47,070 bases of DNA from Gemmatimonadaceae bacterium (GTDB lineage: Bacteria; Gemmatimonadota; Gemmatimonadetes; Gemmatimonadales; Gemmatimonadaceae), in the NCBI GenBank assembly GCA_040901985.1, contig JBBDYC010000010.1:1-47070 (forward strand). Reading direction: 5' to 3'. Every line of letters begins with the position of its first letter. Positions within the stretch are counted from its first letter, which is position 1. The position numbers and the translations under genes were made by a program. This document shows positions 28,508-38,240 of the stretch, piece by piece. The notes under the pieces are model-generated. The model had not been told where the DNA came from. It searched no databases and worked only from the letters and a program-made list of their open reading frames with translations.

Positions 28508-29271
28508 CGGAGCCGACGGTCCGTCTCCGCACCGAGGGACTGAGCGCGATGTACGGCGACTTCAGGGCCGTGCAGGACGTCACGCTCGAGTTCCCGGCCA
28601 ACCGCGTGCACGCGCTGATCGGGCCGTCGGGCTGCGGGAAGTCCACTTTCCTGCGCACCCTCAACCGGATGCACGAGACGATTCCCGGCGCGACGATCGG
28701 CGGCCGGGTCCTGCTTGACGGGCGCGACGTCTATGCCCGCGACGTCTCGCCGATCCACCTGCGCCGTCGGGTGGGGATGGTCTTCCAGAAGCCGACACCC
28801 TTTCCGTTTCTCTCGATCGCCGACAACGTCTCCGCCGGGCTCGTCCTCGACCGTTCACTCTCCAAGGCGCGGATTGCCGAGGTGGTGGAGCGGTCGCTGC
28901 ACCGCGCCGCCCTCTGGGACGAGGTGAAGGACCGGCTCGGCGAGAGCGCCATGGGCCTCTCCGGCGGCCAGCAGCAACGGCTCTGCATCGCCCGCAGCAT
29001 CGCCCCGGAGCCCAACGTGATCCTCCTCGACGAACCGACCGCCTCGCTCGACCCGCAGGGCACGCAGCGGATCGAGGAGCTGGTCTTCGAGCTCAAGGAG
29101 GAGTTCACGATCGTCATCGTCACGCACAACCTGCAGCAGGCGGCGCGGGTCTCCGATACGACGTCGTTCTTCTACCTCGGCACGATGGTCGAGCACGGCG
29201 CGACGAAGCAGATCTTCACGGCGCCGCGCGAACCGCGGACCGAGGCCTACATCACCGGCCGGTTCGGATGA
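28504..29271 (+). CDS. pstB: Phosphate ABC transporter ATPase PstB (copy 1)
   Basis: GTGA overlap; [40 protein letters not shown]. Confidence 0.95.
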   Translation: MTEPTVRLRTEGLSAMYGDFRAVQDVTLEFPANRVHALIGPSGCGKSTFLRTLNRMHETIPGATIGGRVLLDGRDVYARDVSPIHLRRRVGMVFQKPTPFPFLSIADNVSAGLVLDRSLSKARIAEVVERSLHRAALWDEVKDRLGESAMGLSGGQQQRLCIARSIAPEPNVILLDEPTASLDPQGTQRIEELVFELKEEFTIVIVTHNLQQAARVSDTTSFFYLGTMVEHGATKQIFTAPREPRTEAYITGRFG

Positions 29272-30047
29272 CCGCGCCCCGATACGACGTGCCGGTCCCC
29301 GCCGTTGTCGCCGCCGACTTCTCCTTCTGGTACGGCGAGCGGAAGACGCTCCACGAGATCTCGCTCACGTTCCTGCGGCGTGAGGTCACGGCGATCATTG
29401 GTCCCTCCGGCTGCGGCAAGAGCACCTTCCTCCGCTGCATCAACCGGATGAATGATCTCGTGCCGCACACGCGCGCCACCGGTGCGCTGGAGGTGGACGG
29501 GCGTCCCGTCCAGGACCCCGGCCTCGACGTGGTCGCGCACCGCCAGCGCGTGGGAATGGTCTTCCAGCGGCCGAATCCGTTCCCCAAGTCCATCTACGAC
29601 AACGTCGCGTACGGGCCGCGGCTCAACGCGCTCGCGCCGACGCGCGACCTCCCGGCAATCGTCGAGCAGTCGCTCCGCCGCGCCGCGCTCTGGGACGAGG
29701 TGAGGGACCGGCTGCGCGAGAACGCGATGGGGCTCTCCGGCGGCCAGCAACAGCGGCTCTGCATCGCCCGCGCGCTGGCCAACCAGCCCACCGTCCTGCT
29801 GATGGACGAACCCTGCTCCGCGCTCGACCCGATTGCCACGCAACGGGTCGAGGAACTGATCTTCGAGCTCAAGCAGGACTACACGATCGTGATCGTCACG
29901 CATAACCTGCAGCAGGCGGCGCGGGTGTCTGACCGCACTGGCTTCTTCGACGCCGGTCGGTTGGTGGAGTTTGGTGTCACGGACCAGATCTTCACGGCGC
30001 CCGCGCACGAACGGACCGAGGCCTACATCACCGGGAGATTTGGATGA
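29268..30047 (+). CDS. pstB: Phosphate ABC transporter ATPase PstB (copy 2)
   Basis: [39 protein letters not shown]. Confidence 0.95.
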   Translation: MTAPRYDVPVPAVVAADFSFWYGERKTLHEISLTFLRREVTAIIGPSGCGKSTFLRCINRMNDLVPHTRATGALEVDGRPVQDPGLDVVAHRQRVGMVFQRPNPFPKSIYDNVAYGPRLNALAPTRDLPAIVEQSLRRAALWDEVRDRLRENAMGLSGGQQQRLCIARALANQPTVLLMDEPCSALDPIATQRVEELIFELKQDYTIVIVTHNLQQAARVSDRTGFFDAGRLVEFGVTDQIFTAPAHERTEAYITGRFG

Positions 30048-30730
30048 GCGAGACGCAGCGGCATTTTCACGAGGAACTCGCCGATGTGCGGGCGCGGCTC
30101 CTCACGATGTCCGGCGCCGCCGAGGCGGCGCTCGAGTTGGCCATCGAGGCCCTGATCGGACGCAACGAGGAGAAGGCGCAGGCCGTGATTCTCGGCGACC
30201 GCGCGATTGACGACCGCGAGGTGGACATCGAGCAGCGCTGCCTCGCGCTCCTCGCGCGACACCAGCCGATGGCGCGCGACCTCCGGCTCCTGATCGCGGC
30301 GATGCGGATCGCCAACGACCTCGAGCGGGTGGGAGACCACGCGGTGAACATCGCGCAGTCGGCCACGCGCCTGCCGAAGTCGGCGCCGCGGATGCCCGAA
30401 CGGGAGATCGGCGAGATGGCGCGCCTGACGCGCCTGATGCTCTCCGACGCGATGGACGCCTTTGTGCGCAGCGACGCCGCCGCCGGCCGCGAGATTTGCG
30501 TGCGCGACGACGAGGTGGACGCGCTCAACCGCTCGATCTACAAGATCCTGCTGATGCGAATGATGGAGGACGTGCAGGTGGTGAGCTCGGGGATGGAGAT
30601 CCTCCTCGTCTCACGGAACCTCGAGCGGGTGGCCGACCTCGCCACGAACGTGGCGGAAGGCGTCGTGTTCCTCGCCGAGGGCAAGTCCATCAAGCACCAC
30701 GCGGAGGACGGGGGCGTGCCGGCGCGCTGA
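30044..30730 (+). CDS. phoU: Phosphate signalling protein PhoU
   Basis: [40 protein letters not shown]. Confidence 0.96.
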   Translation: MSETQRHFHEELADVRARLLTMSGAAEAALELAIEALIGRNEEKAQAVILGDRAIDDREVDIEQRCLALLARHQPMARDLRLLIAAMRIANDLERVGDHAVNIAQSATRLPKSAPRMPEREIGEMARLTRLMLSDAMDAFVRSDAAAGREICVRDDEVDALNRSIYKILLMRMMEDVQVVSSGMEILLVSRNLERVADLATNVAEGVVFLAEGKSIKHHAEDGGVPAR

Positions 30731-31073
30731 CCCCGCGGACCACGCCCGCGACGCTCCCCGCGAGCAGCGCCGGAAAGGCCAGCGTCAGCACCACCAGCGC
30801 GAACGGCCCCACCTGCATCGCCGCGCCGACCACCTCCGCGACGCGCGCCGTCCCGCCCCCGGTCACGCCCGGTAGCGCCAGGAGCACGCCCCACGCGAGC
30901 GGTGCCGCCAGCGCCGCCATCAGGGGCACCGCCGGATCGCCCCGCCGGATCCACGCCCAGGCGCCCGCGAGCACCGGCACCGCCATCCACCCGAACGCCC
31001 AGGTCGCCAGCCCCACGCCGACCGCGAGCGTACTGAACCAGACCACTCGCGCCCCACCTTCGCTCATCGCCAC
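30690..31073 (-). CDS. Small hydrophobic membrane protein
   Basis: Three to four TM segments; starts 4 bp after the acylase stop; alternative ATG 31067. Confidence 0.65.
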   Translation of the reverse strand: MAMSEGGARVVWFSTLAVGVGLATWAFGWMAVPVLAGAWAWIRRGDPAVPLMAALAAPLAWGVLLALPGVTGGGTARVAEVVGAAMQVGPFALVVLTLAFPALLAGSVAGVVRGVSAPARPRPPRGA

Positions 31074-31077
31074 GGCC

Positions 31078-33582
31078 TCACTCCGGCAAGAAGGTCAACA
31101 CACTCGTCGTCACCGCGGCGCCCAGTCCCTCGGGCGACCTCGGGAGCAGCAACTCGGACAGTTCGCCCCGCTGCCAGAGCGCGAGGCGATCGTCGTATCG
31201 CGCCGAGACGGGATTCCCGGACTGTCCGCCGGGGTAGGTCCCCCACGCCCGGATCTCGGGCCCAAGCTCCACCACGAATCGCCACGACGCCCCGTACCCG
31301 CCGCCCGGCATCGGGGAGAGTGTCTCGGGCCCCCCCGTCACCGCCAGCCCCTCCCGCCCGAACCCCGGCAGGCGCAACAGGTGCGGAATGTTCGCCGGCC
31401 GCGCATCGCTCCACTTCCACGTGCGCTCATCATTTCCGAACCGCGACCGCGTGCGGGACCAGGCATCGCGCAAGGCCGCGAGTAAAATCTGGTCGCGATC
31501 CTCGCGAACGTCCGGGGTCGAGCGGTCGTCCCACCACGCCGATCCGGGGTCGGCGAGCAGTCGCGTGAGCATCATCTGGGCCGGCGTCGCCACCCGCCGG
31601 TTCTCCCCGGGGATCACCAACTCATCCCAGGTCAGTCGCGTCAGTGAGGAGAGCAGTGCGTCAAAGAGCACCGCGCCGCCGGCGCCGGGCGTGAAGGTCG
31701 CATCCCACGCTTCGAGGAACGCCATCGCCGTCGCATCGTCCGCCGTCCACGTGCCCGCCCGCTCCGCGGCGACGCGCGCCTCGCCGAGCGCCGTCATCAC
31801 GAACGGCGTGACCTCGCTTCGCGGATCGGTCTGGAACTGCCGCATCAGGTCCGGCGTCATCGCCGGATGCGCGCGGAGGAGCGTGTTGATCCGCATCGCC
31901 CGCCACGGACTCGGCCAGTCGGTCCCGACGTAGCCGGGTCGGACGGCGGGGTCCATCGGCTGCTGATTGGCGCTGGCGAGATACCCCTGGGCCGGCGAGA
32001 GCGCCTGCGGATACCAGTTCAGCGGTCGGTCGCCGACCCAGTCGCTCGCGCTCGTGCTCCCGTCGAACACGACATTGCCCGTGCCGCTCCCCGGGCGGAT
32101 CGGATACCGTCCGGTGGAGCGGATCCCAATCGTGCCCGCCCTGTCCGCGACAAGGAAGTTCTGCGCCGGCGTCCGGTACCTCTCCATCGCCGCGTACCAG
32201 TCGCGCGCGCTCGTGGTCCGCGCCGCGCGCCAAAACGCCTCACCTTCGTCCGACACCTCGCGCGCGGTCCAGCGCACCGAGACCCAGCCAAGTGCGGTCT
32301 GATGCAGCGGCCCGCGATGCGTGCTGAGAAGGGTGTCCACGGCGATCACGCGGCCCGACGGCGCGCGGTACGTCTCCACGCGGACGCCGAGGGCCCGCCA
32401 AGCGCCGTCGAGCCGGTATTGCGTGGGGCGCAGCGAGTCGTTCACCGTCTCCCGATAGAAGTCCACCACGTCGTTGCCGGTGTTTGTTGCCGTCCACGCC
32501 ACGTCGCGGTTGAATCCAATCGGGATGATCGGCGAGAGTGGGAGCGTCACGCCATAGACGTCAATTCCGCCTTCCACCACGAGGTGCGCCTCGTACCAGA
32601 TGCTCGGCAACGTCAGCGGGAGGTGGGGGTCGCCGGCGAGGAGGGCAAAGCCGCTCGCCGTCCGCGACGGCGCAACCGCCCAGTTGTTGCTGCCCGCCAC
32701 CCCGTCGCCGCGGATGGTCGAGCCACTCTCGCGCGCGCGACCATCGGCACTCGCCACCAGGTCCGCGGCATCGCGCCACCGCCGGGCCTCGGCTATCCGC
32801 GCGCCGGTCGCGAGCTCCGGGGCGGGGAAGCGCGTCGGGGCGATCCGCGCCTGCCGACGCCCCGGCACGGGCTCGATCGGTTCCTGGATCGGCGCATCTA
32901 TGGGAAGGAGCGCTACGGCCGCCGCGCGGCCGACCATCTGTTCCACCGCGTTGAACCGAAGTTCGCCCTGCTGGTAGGAGAGCGTCTGCGACATCCGGGC
33001 GAGCAGGTAGTAGGTGTCCACCGGATTGAACTGCCGCGGCTTGCGGCCCAGCAGCCGATATTCGAGCGGGAGGTCCTCCGGCTGCATCCCCCGCACGTAC
33101 GCGTTGACGCCCTCCATATAGCTCTCGACCGCGGCGCGGGCCTCCGAGCCCGCCGGTATCGCCGCCCACTTGGCCTCGGCCGCGGCGGCGAGTCCGAGCC
33201 CTCTCGAGTCGCGGTCGAGCGGGAGCGCGCGCTCCCCCACCAGTTCTGCCATCGTCCCCGCCACTGCCCGCTGGGTCAGCTCCATCTGGAAGAGCCGGTC
33301 TCGCGCGTGGACCCAGCCGAGTGCGCGGTACGCGTCGTTTTCGGCCTTGGCGAAGATGTGCGGTACGCCGCGGGCGTCGTACTTCACCTCGACGGCGGCG
33401 CCCAACCCCTTCAGCGCCAGTGTCTGCTTCGCCGGCAGGTCCGCCGTCCGACCGACGGACCAGATGCCGTGAACCGGATCGAGAAAGTCGCCGAGTGGCG
33501 GCACCGGTCCGGTTGGCCGAAACCCAATCCAGAGTCCCCCGAGTAGGGAGAGCGCGGAAACGACCGTAGTGAAGCGACGCAT
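31078..33582 (-). CDS. Penicillin acylase family Ntn-hydrolase (possible AHL/acyl amidase)
   Basis: DARGVPHIFA, ARDRLFQMEL, catalytic GSNNWAV, DPHL, ASANQ, PGGQSGNP; N-terminal membrane anchor. Confidence 0.93.
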   Translation of the reverse strand: MRRFTTVVSALSLLGGLWIGFRPTGPVPPLGDFLDPVHGIWSVGRTADLPAKQTLALKGLGAAVEVKYDARGVPHIFAKAENDAYRALGWVHARDRLFQMELTQRAVAGTMAELVGERALPLDRDSRGLGLAAAAEAKWAAIPAGSEARAAVESYMEGVNAYVRGMQPEDLPLEYRLLGRKPRQFNPVDTYYLLARMSQTLSYQQGELRFNAVEQMVGRAAAVALLPIDAPIQEPIEPVPGRRQARIAPTRFPAPELATGARIAEARRWRDAADLVASADGRARESGSTIRGDGVAGSNNWAVAPSRTASGFALLAGDPHLPLTLPSIWYEAHLVVEGGIDVYGVTLPLSPIIPIGFNRDVAWTATNTGNDVVDFYRETVNDSLRPTQYRLDGAWRALGVRVETYRAPSGRVIAVDTLLSTHRGPLHQTALGWVSVRWTAREVSDEGEAFWRAARTTSARDWYAAMERYRTPAQNFLVADRAGTIGIRSTGRYPIRPGSGTGNVVFDGSTSASDWVGDRPLNWYPQALSPAQGYLASANQQPMDPAVRPGYVGTDWPSPWRAMRINTLLRAHPAMTPDLMRQFQTDPRSEVTPFVMTALGEARVAAERAGTWTADDATAMAFLEAWDATFTPGAGGAVLFDALLSSLTRLTWDELVIPGENRRVATPAQMMLTRLLADPGSAWWDDRSTPDVREDRDQILLAALRDAWSRTRSRFGNDERTWKWSDARPANIPHLLRLPGFGREGLAVTGGPETLSPMPGGGYGASWRFVVELGPEIRAWGTYPGGQSGNPVSARYDDRLALWQRGELSELLLPRSPEGLGAAVTTSVLTFLPE

Positions 33583-33732
33583 TGTGTGAAGACTGGCAGG
33601 AGGAAAGTGTGCGAGCTGGAAAGTGGATCCGGGGGCAACGCTCTGCTAACCGCCCACCGTGCCGCTCCACCCCGCGTTTTGTCCGACACGACGCGTCCAA
33701 CAGGGAGGACACCGGCCGGGCCGGTCAAACGT

Positions 33733-33789
33733 TAGGTCGCTGTACAACAATAACTTACGACTTAGCCCGCGAATGGTGCAAACGCTGCA
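33733..33789 (+). promoter_or_regulatory. Candidate IHF site plus sigma54 (-24/-12) promoter of the lipoprotein operon
   Basis: TAG-GTCG-CTG-N5-CAA-TAAC-TTA (33733-33757) then TGGTGCAAACGCTGCA (GG-N10-GC at 33775-33788). Confidence 0.55.
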
Positions 33790-33858
33790 TACTACTGAGA
33801 TCAGCGAGCGGCACTGCCGTTCGTTAAGAGTCCCAACCATCCGTGCCAGGAGTCCCCT

Positions 33859-34464
33859 ATGCTCCGTACCAAGGCAGTACTCGGCGTCCTCATCGCCGCC
33901 CTCGCGGTCACGGGCTGCATGAACAAGCGCGTCGAGCGCATTGACCCCAACTCGGTGACCGATCTGTCCGGCCGCTGGAACGACGCCGACTCGCGGCTCG
34001 TGGCCAACGAGTTGATCGCCCAGTCCCTCACCGGCACCTGGGCCCGCGACTACGCGGCGGCCAACGGCGGCACCGCGCCGACGGTGATCATCGGCGAGTT
34101 TCGCAACCGGACGATGGAGCACATCCCCGTCGGCACGTTCGTGCGCGACCTCGAGCGCGCCTACGTCCAGAGCGGACTCGTCCGCCTCGTGGCGAGCTCG
34201 GAGGAGCGTGACGAGGTCCGCGCCGAGCGGATTGACCAGCAGACCAATGCCTCGGCCGAGACCCGCGTGCGGCTGGCCCGTGAGATGGGCGCCCGCTACA
34301 TGCTGCAGGGCGACGTCCAGGCAATCGAGGACAGCGAGGGTCGCGAGCGAATCGTGTTCTACCAGATTGACGCGACGCTCATTGACCTCGAGACCAACGC
34401 GAAGTCGTGGATCGGCCAGCACAAGATCAAGAAGTACATCCAGCGTCGTCGGTTCACGCCCTGA
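33859..34464 (+). CDS. LpoB-like (penicillin-binding protein activator family) lipoprotein
   Basis: RBS AGGAG; lipobox VTGC; DLSGRWNDADSRLVA, FRNRTMEHI, GARYMLQG, YQIDATLIDLET...WIG. Confidence 0.85.
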   Translation: MLRTKAVLGVLIAALAVTGCMNKRVERIDPNSVTDLSGRWNDADSRLVANELIAQSLTGTWARDYAAANGGTAPTVIIGEFRNRTMEHIPVGTFVRDLERAYVQSGLVRLVASSEERDEVRAERIDQQTNASAETRVRLAREMGARYMLQGDVQAIEDSEGRERIVFYQIDATLIDLETNAKSWIGQHKIKKYIQRRRFTP

Positions 34465-34474
34465 GGAGACAGCC

Positions 34475-35311
34475 ATGCTACGTCCTACCGTATACCTGAC
34501 GCGGAGCCAGCGCTCCACCCTGGCGGTTGTCCTGGCGGCGATCGGTGCCTGCGCGTCGCCCTACCCGCAGCGGATCGAACAGCCGGTGCTGGTCCCGAAC
34601 AACACGTCCGTGCCCGCCGTCGAGGGCGCCGACGCGGCCGCGGCGATTGGGATGGACCGCGCCCGGCTTCGTCAGTCGGCGGACTCGGTGAATGCCGTCG
34701 CGCTGGCCAGCTGTGCGCCGGCGCAGTGCGAATCGATTGCGCGCGGCGAGATCGCGATCGGGATGAGCGAGGCGCAGGTGATGGCAGCCGCGCGCTCGGC
34801 GCCGCAGGCCTGGATGGTGCGACGCGTTGACGCCGGCGCGGTGATGGTCCCTGCCACTCCGTCGGCGTCGCCGTACGACCGCTCCGGCGAGGTGATGATG
34901 GTCCAGTTCGAACGCGGAGGCGCGTCGGTGATCAGCCGTCGCGGGCCGCAGGGCATTCTGGTCGTGAGCCGTCCGCAGGACGCGACGCAGCAGGCGCAGG
35001 CCCGCGCCGCCGCCGAGGCCCTCGTGCGCGAGGGAGACGACCTCGTTGCCGCGAACGACCTCGCCGGCGCGCTCAACCGGTACGACCGCGCGAGCGTCCT
35101 CGACCCCGACGCGCCGGACATCGAATACAAGGCCGCCCGCCTGCTCGATCTCCAGCTGCGCCCGCAAGAGGCGCTGATGCGCTACCAGCGATTCCTCCTC
35201 TCGCTGGACATCGAGCGGATCCGTGCGCAGGGCGAGGCAAGCGCGCGGATGGCCGAGGCGATTGCGCTCGCGCAACAGCGGATCGTGGTGCTCGAGAAGC
35301 AGGTACGCTGA
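34475..35311 (+). CDS. Lipoprotein with BamE/SmpA-like GMSEAQV motif and C-terminal TPR
   Basis: RBS GAGGAG; lipobox IGAC; Cys pair CAPAQC; TPR-like ALNRYDRASVLDPD...EALMRYQRFL. Confidence 0.75.
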   Translation: MLRPTVYLTRSQRSTLAVVLAAIGACASPYPQRIEQPVLVPNNTSVPAVEGADAAAAIGMDRARLRQSADSVNAVALASCAPAQCESIARGEIAIGMSEAQVMAAARSAPQAWMVRRVDAGAVMVPATPSASPYDRSGEVMMVQFERGGASVISRRGPQGILVVSRPQDATQQAQARAAAEALVREGDDLVAANDLAGALNRYDRASVLDPDAPDIEYKAARLLDLQLRPQEALMRYQRFLLSLDIERIRAQGEASARMAEAIALAQQRIVVLEKQVR

Positions 35312-35318
35312 GGTCCTG

Positions 35319-36836
35319 ATGGACCGACGCGCCCACCGCGTTCCCGGTCTGCCCCGTCCGCTGCGCCTCGCTGTGGCGCTCCCGTTGCTGTGGCTCGGCG
35401 GCGGGTGCGCGACGGCGGGCGCGGCGTGGCGTTCCGGTCCGGCCGGGGTCTCTGCCGAGTGGGCGTTGCGTGACCATCTGAGTTTCGGCCGCGCTGACGC
35501 CGCGTGGACCTCAATGCGCGACAAGAAGATCGCTCCCGCCGACGTCCTCCTGCGGCATATGTATCGCGGCGTGATCTCGCTGCACGCCGGGGAGTTCGAC
35601 GCAGGCACGCGCTCGATGGACCGCGCCTGGACCATTGCCGGCGACCGCTACACCAAGCGGCTCTCGGCGGCCGCGGTGTCAATGGTCACCTCCGACGCCG
35701 CGTTGCCGTACGACCCCGGCGTGACCGAGATGATGTTCATCCCGTACTACGGCGGGCTCAACTGGCTTGCGCGCAACGAGCGGGTCGAGGCCGCGGTCGA
35801 GGCGCGCCGGCTCGCCGCGCTCCTCGCGAGCGACGCCGGCCCCAAGCCGCCGGTGGGGCTGCAGGGCGTGCTGCGCTACGTGAGTGGCGTGATGTTCGAG
35901 TCGGCCGGCGAGCGACAGGACGCGCTCGTCGCCTACCGCAATGCCGCGGCGCTTCTCGGCACCCTTCCCGGCGACACCCTGCTGGCGCCTCCCGATGCCG
36001 GCGACGTGGTCGTGATCATCGAGGACGGCTTCGTCGGCCGTCCCGAGCCGCGCACGCTGGGCGTCTGGATGGACGGGGACGAACTCGTCGCCCTCACGAC
36101 CGGCAAGAAGAACGAGCGATACCTGGTCGCGCGGACCGTCGCCGAGCGGCGCCACGACCGGACCTTCCACGAGCCGGGCTTCTCGCGCGTCGGCTGGCTG
36201 ACCTATGAGGTCAACTGGGCGAGCTTCGCGGCGCCATCGCGCGGCAGCATTGGCGTCGGCGCGCGCTCCGCCGGCGTCGAATTCGCCACCGTGACGGCCG
36301 ACGTGACCGCGGCGGTGCAGGACGATTTCGAGCGCGAGCAGCCGGCGCGCCTGGCGCGCGCGATTGCCCGCGCCGCCATCCGCTACGCGGCGATGGAGGC
36401 GGCAGACAAGGCGTTCGAGAGCGCCCGGAAGGAGCGAAAGAAGAACAAGGAGGAGGGCGAGAAGGGCGGGGGATGGGGCCGCATCCTGCTCGGCATCGGC
36501 CTGCTCGCCACGTCGGTGACGTCATCGGCGATCGACCAGCCCGACCTGCGCGCGTGGCAACTCCTGCCCGACCGCATCACCGTCGCGCGGCTGCGCCTGC
36601 CCGTGGGCGAGCACCCGATCGAGGTCGTGCGTGGCGGTGAGGTCGTATCGCTCGGCGTGGTGACGGTGACGCCGGGCGGCGTGGCCGTGCTGAACCATCG
36701 CTGGTGGTCGGGCGCCCTAGTCCAGCGCGCCAGCGAACTCCCGGACAATCTGCCCCGCCGGGCGGATGTCGTGGATCCCGGCGACCGAGCGCCCGGCCTG
36801 CCAGTACTCAGTCCGCGTGTCCGTCTTCATCAGTGA
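35319..36836 (+). CDS. COG3014-like lipoprotein
   Basis: Lipobox GGGC; helical N-half (AAVEARR, DALVAYRNA), VVVIIEDGFV, PDLRAWQLLP..I.VARLRLPVGEH; C-terminus overlaps the convergent gene by 120 bp. Confidence 0.78.
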   Translation: MDRRAHRVPGLPRPLRLAVALPLLWLGGGCATAGAAWRSGPAGVSAEWALRDHLSFGRADAAWTSMRDKKIAPADVLLRHMYRGVISLHAGEFDAGTRSMDRAWTIAGDRYTKRLSAAAVSMVTSDAALPYDPGVTEMMFIPYYGGLNWLARNERVEAAVEARRLAALLASDAGPKPPVGLQGVLRYVSGVMFESAGERQDALVAYRNAAALLGTLPGDTLLAPPDAGDVVVIIEDGFVGRPEPRTLGVWMDGDELVALTTGKKNERYLVARTVAERRHDRTFHEPGFSRVGWLTYEVNWASFAAPSRGSIGVGARSAGVEFATVTADVTAAVQDDFEREQPARLARAIARAAIRYAAMEAADKAFESARKERKKNKEEGEKGGGWGRILLGIGLLATSVTSSAIDQPDLRAWQLLPDRITVARLRLPVGEHPIEVVRGGEVVSLGVVTVTPGGVAVLNHRWWSGALVQRASELPDNLPRRADVVDPGDRAPGLPVLSPRVRLHQ

Positions 36837-37685
36837 CCGCTTGAGCCGTCGGATCGAGCTGAGGGCGTAGAACGTTCGCATCCAATGCTTCCGCCGCCGC
36901 CCGCGGAGCATCCAGCGCGCGAACCACCCCGCCTTCGTCCCCAGCCGCTCGATGTACGCATTGCGGATCACCGCCACCGGCACGCCGGTCAGCCGCTCGG
37001 TGAGCACGATGTCGTCCTCCCCGGCGTCCACGATTGCCTGCTTGTAGGCCGCGCTCGCCTTGCACTCGGGCGTCGCGATGAATCGCGTGCCGAGTTGCAC
37101 CGCCGCGTACCCCATCCGCAGGTGGCGTGCGAACTCCTCCGGCGTGCCCACGCCTCCCGCCGAGACGATCGGCAGGCCGAACGGCGCCAGCTCCGCGAAC
37201 AGCGCCTCGGGACCGAGACGCCCCGCGTGTCCGCCGGCGCGCGAGTTCACGGCAATCAGCCCATCCACGCCGCCGTCCACGCCCTTCTGCGCCCACTTCC
37301 GCTCGGTGACGTCGTGGTAGACCACGCCGCCGGCCGCGTGGACCTTCTCGCAGACCCATCGCGGATTGCCGAGCGAGGTGAGGAAGAACCGCACGCCCTC
37401 CTCGAGCGCCACGTCTATCCACTCGTGCATCCGGGCGATGTACGCCCGGTTCGTGCCCTCGATCAGCGCGTTGAAGCCGATCGGCTTCTGGGTGAGCGAC
37501 CGGATGAATCGCAACCCGGCGCGATACTCGTGCCCGTGCACATAGGTGAGGGAGATCGGCTGCACGACGCCGAGCCCGCCCGCCTCGCTCACCGCGGCGA
37601 CCAGTTCGGGGTTGGAGCACGGATACATCGGCCCGCCGATCAACGGCACCGCGACGCCCGTCTGGCGCGTGAAGGCCGTCTCCAT
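36717..37685 (-). CDS. Nitronate monooxygenase / FabK-like flavoenzyme
   Basis: PLIGGPM, LVAAVSEAGGLG, AGGHAG, SAGGVG, AVQLGTRFIATPE; TGATG coupling with the upstream gene. Confidence 0.9.
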   Translation of the reverse strand: METAFTRQTGVAVPLIGGPMYPCSNPELVAAVSEAGGLGVVQPISLTYVHGHEYRAGLRFIRSLTQKPIGFNALIEGTNRAYIARMHEWIDVALEEGVRFFLTSLGNPRWVCEKVHAAGGVVYHDVTERKWAQKGVDGGVDGLIAVNSRAGGHAGRLGPEALFAELAPFGLPIVSAGGVGTPEEFARHLRMGYAAVQLGTRFIATPECKASAAYKQAIVDAGEDDIVLTERLTGVPVAVIRNAYIERLGTKAGWFARWMLRGRRRKHWMRTFYALSSIRRLKRSLMKTDTRTEYWQAGRSVAGIHDIRPAGQIVREFAGALD

Positions 37686-38167
37686 CAGGCCTTCGGCCGG
37701 ACAGGGCCCAGCCGCCAGCGCACGGTGCCGGTGGCGACCAGCACCCCCGACGGGTCGAAGCACTCGGCACGCACCTCGAAGTCGCGGTCGTCGGTCACGG
37801 TCGGGATCTCGACCCGACTCACCGCCGAGATCGTCCCGCGCGCCTTCTTGTGGTAGGTCATCGAGAGCGAGGTGACGATGCCGCGCACACCCTCCGGCAG
37901 CCCGGCCATCATTGCGAGGCCACTCGTCATCTCGGCGGCGTTCATCAGGGCGATGGCGTGTACCGAGCCCAGGTGCTGCCGGTTGGACCGGCGGTCGGGG
38001 ATCTCGACCCGGGCGTGGCCCGGCGCAAGCTCGCGGATGCGCGGCCCGACGGAACCCGAATAGGGCACCGTCATCGCAAAGATCCTGGAAAAGAGCCACT
38101 GCCCGCCGGGCAGCGGCGAGAGTCGGCTCCAGAGCTTCAGGAGACGCGCGCCAGTCGCGTTGGCCAT
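37685..38167 (-). CDS. Hotdog-fold thioesterase (DUF4442/PaaI-like)
   Basis: PYSGSVGPRI, NRQHLGSVHAIAL, MTYHKKARG. Confidence 0.85.
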   Translation of the reverse strand: MANATGARLLKLWSRLSPLPGGQWLFSRIFAMTVPYSGSVGPRIRELAPGHARVEIPDRRSNRQHLGSVHAIALMNAAEMTSGLAMMAGLPEGVRGIVTSLSMTYHKKARGTISAVSRVEIPTVTDDRDFEVRAECFDPSGVLVATGTVRWRLGPVRPKA

Positions 38168-38240
38168 GCCGGAAAAGCTAATCACCGCAAGCGCACGCCG
38201 GGCCTAGATTACGGGAGCCCTCTCCGCCGGAGCCCGATCC

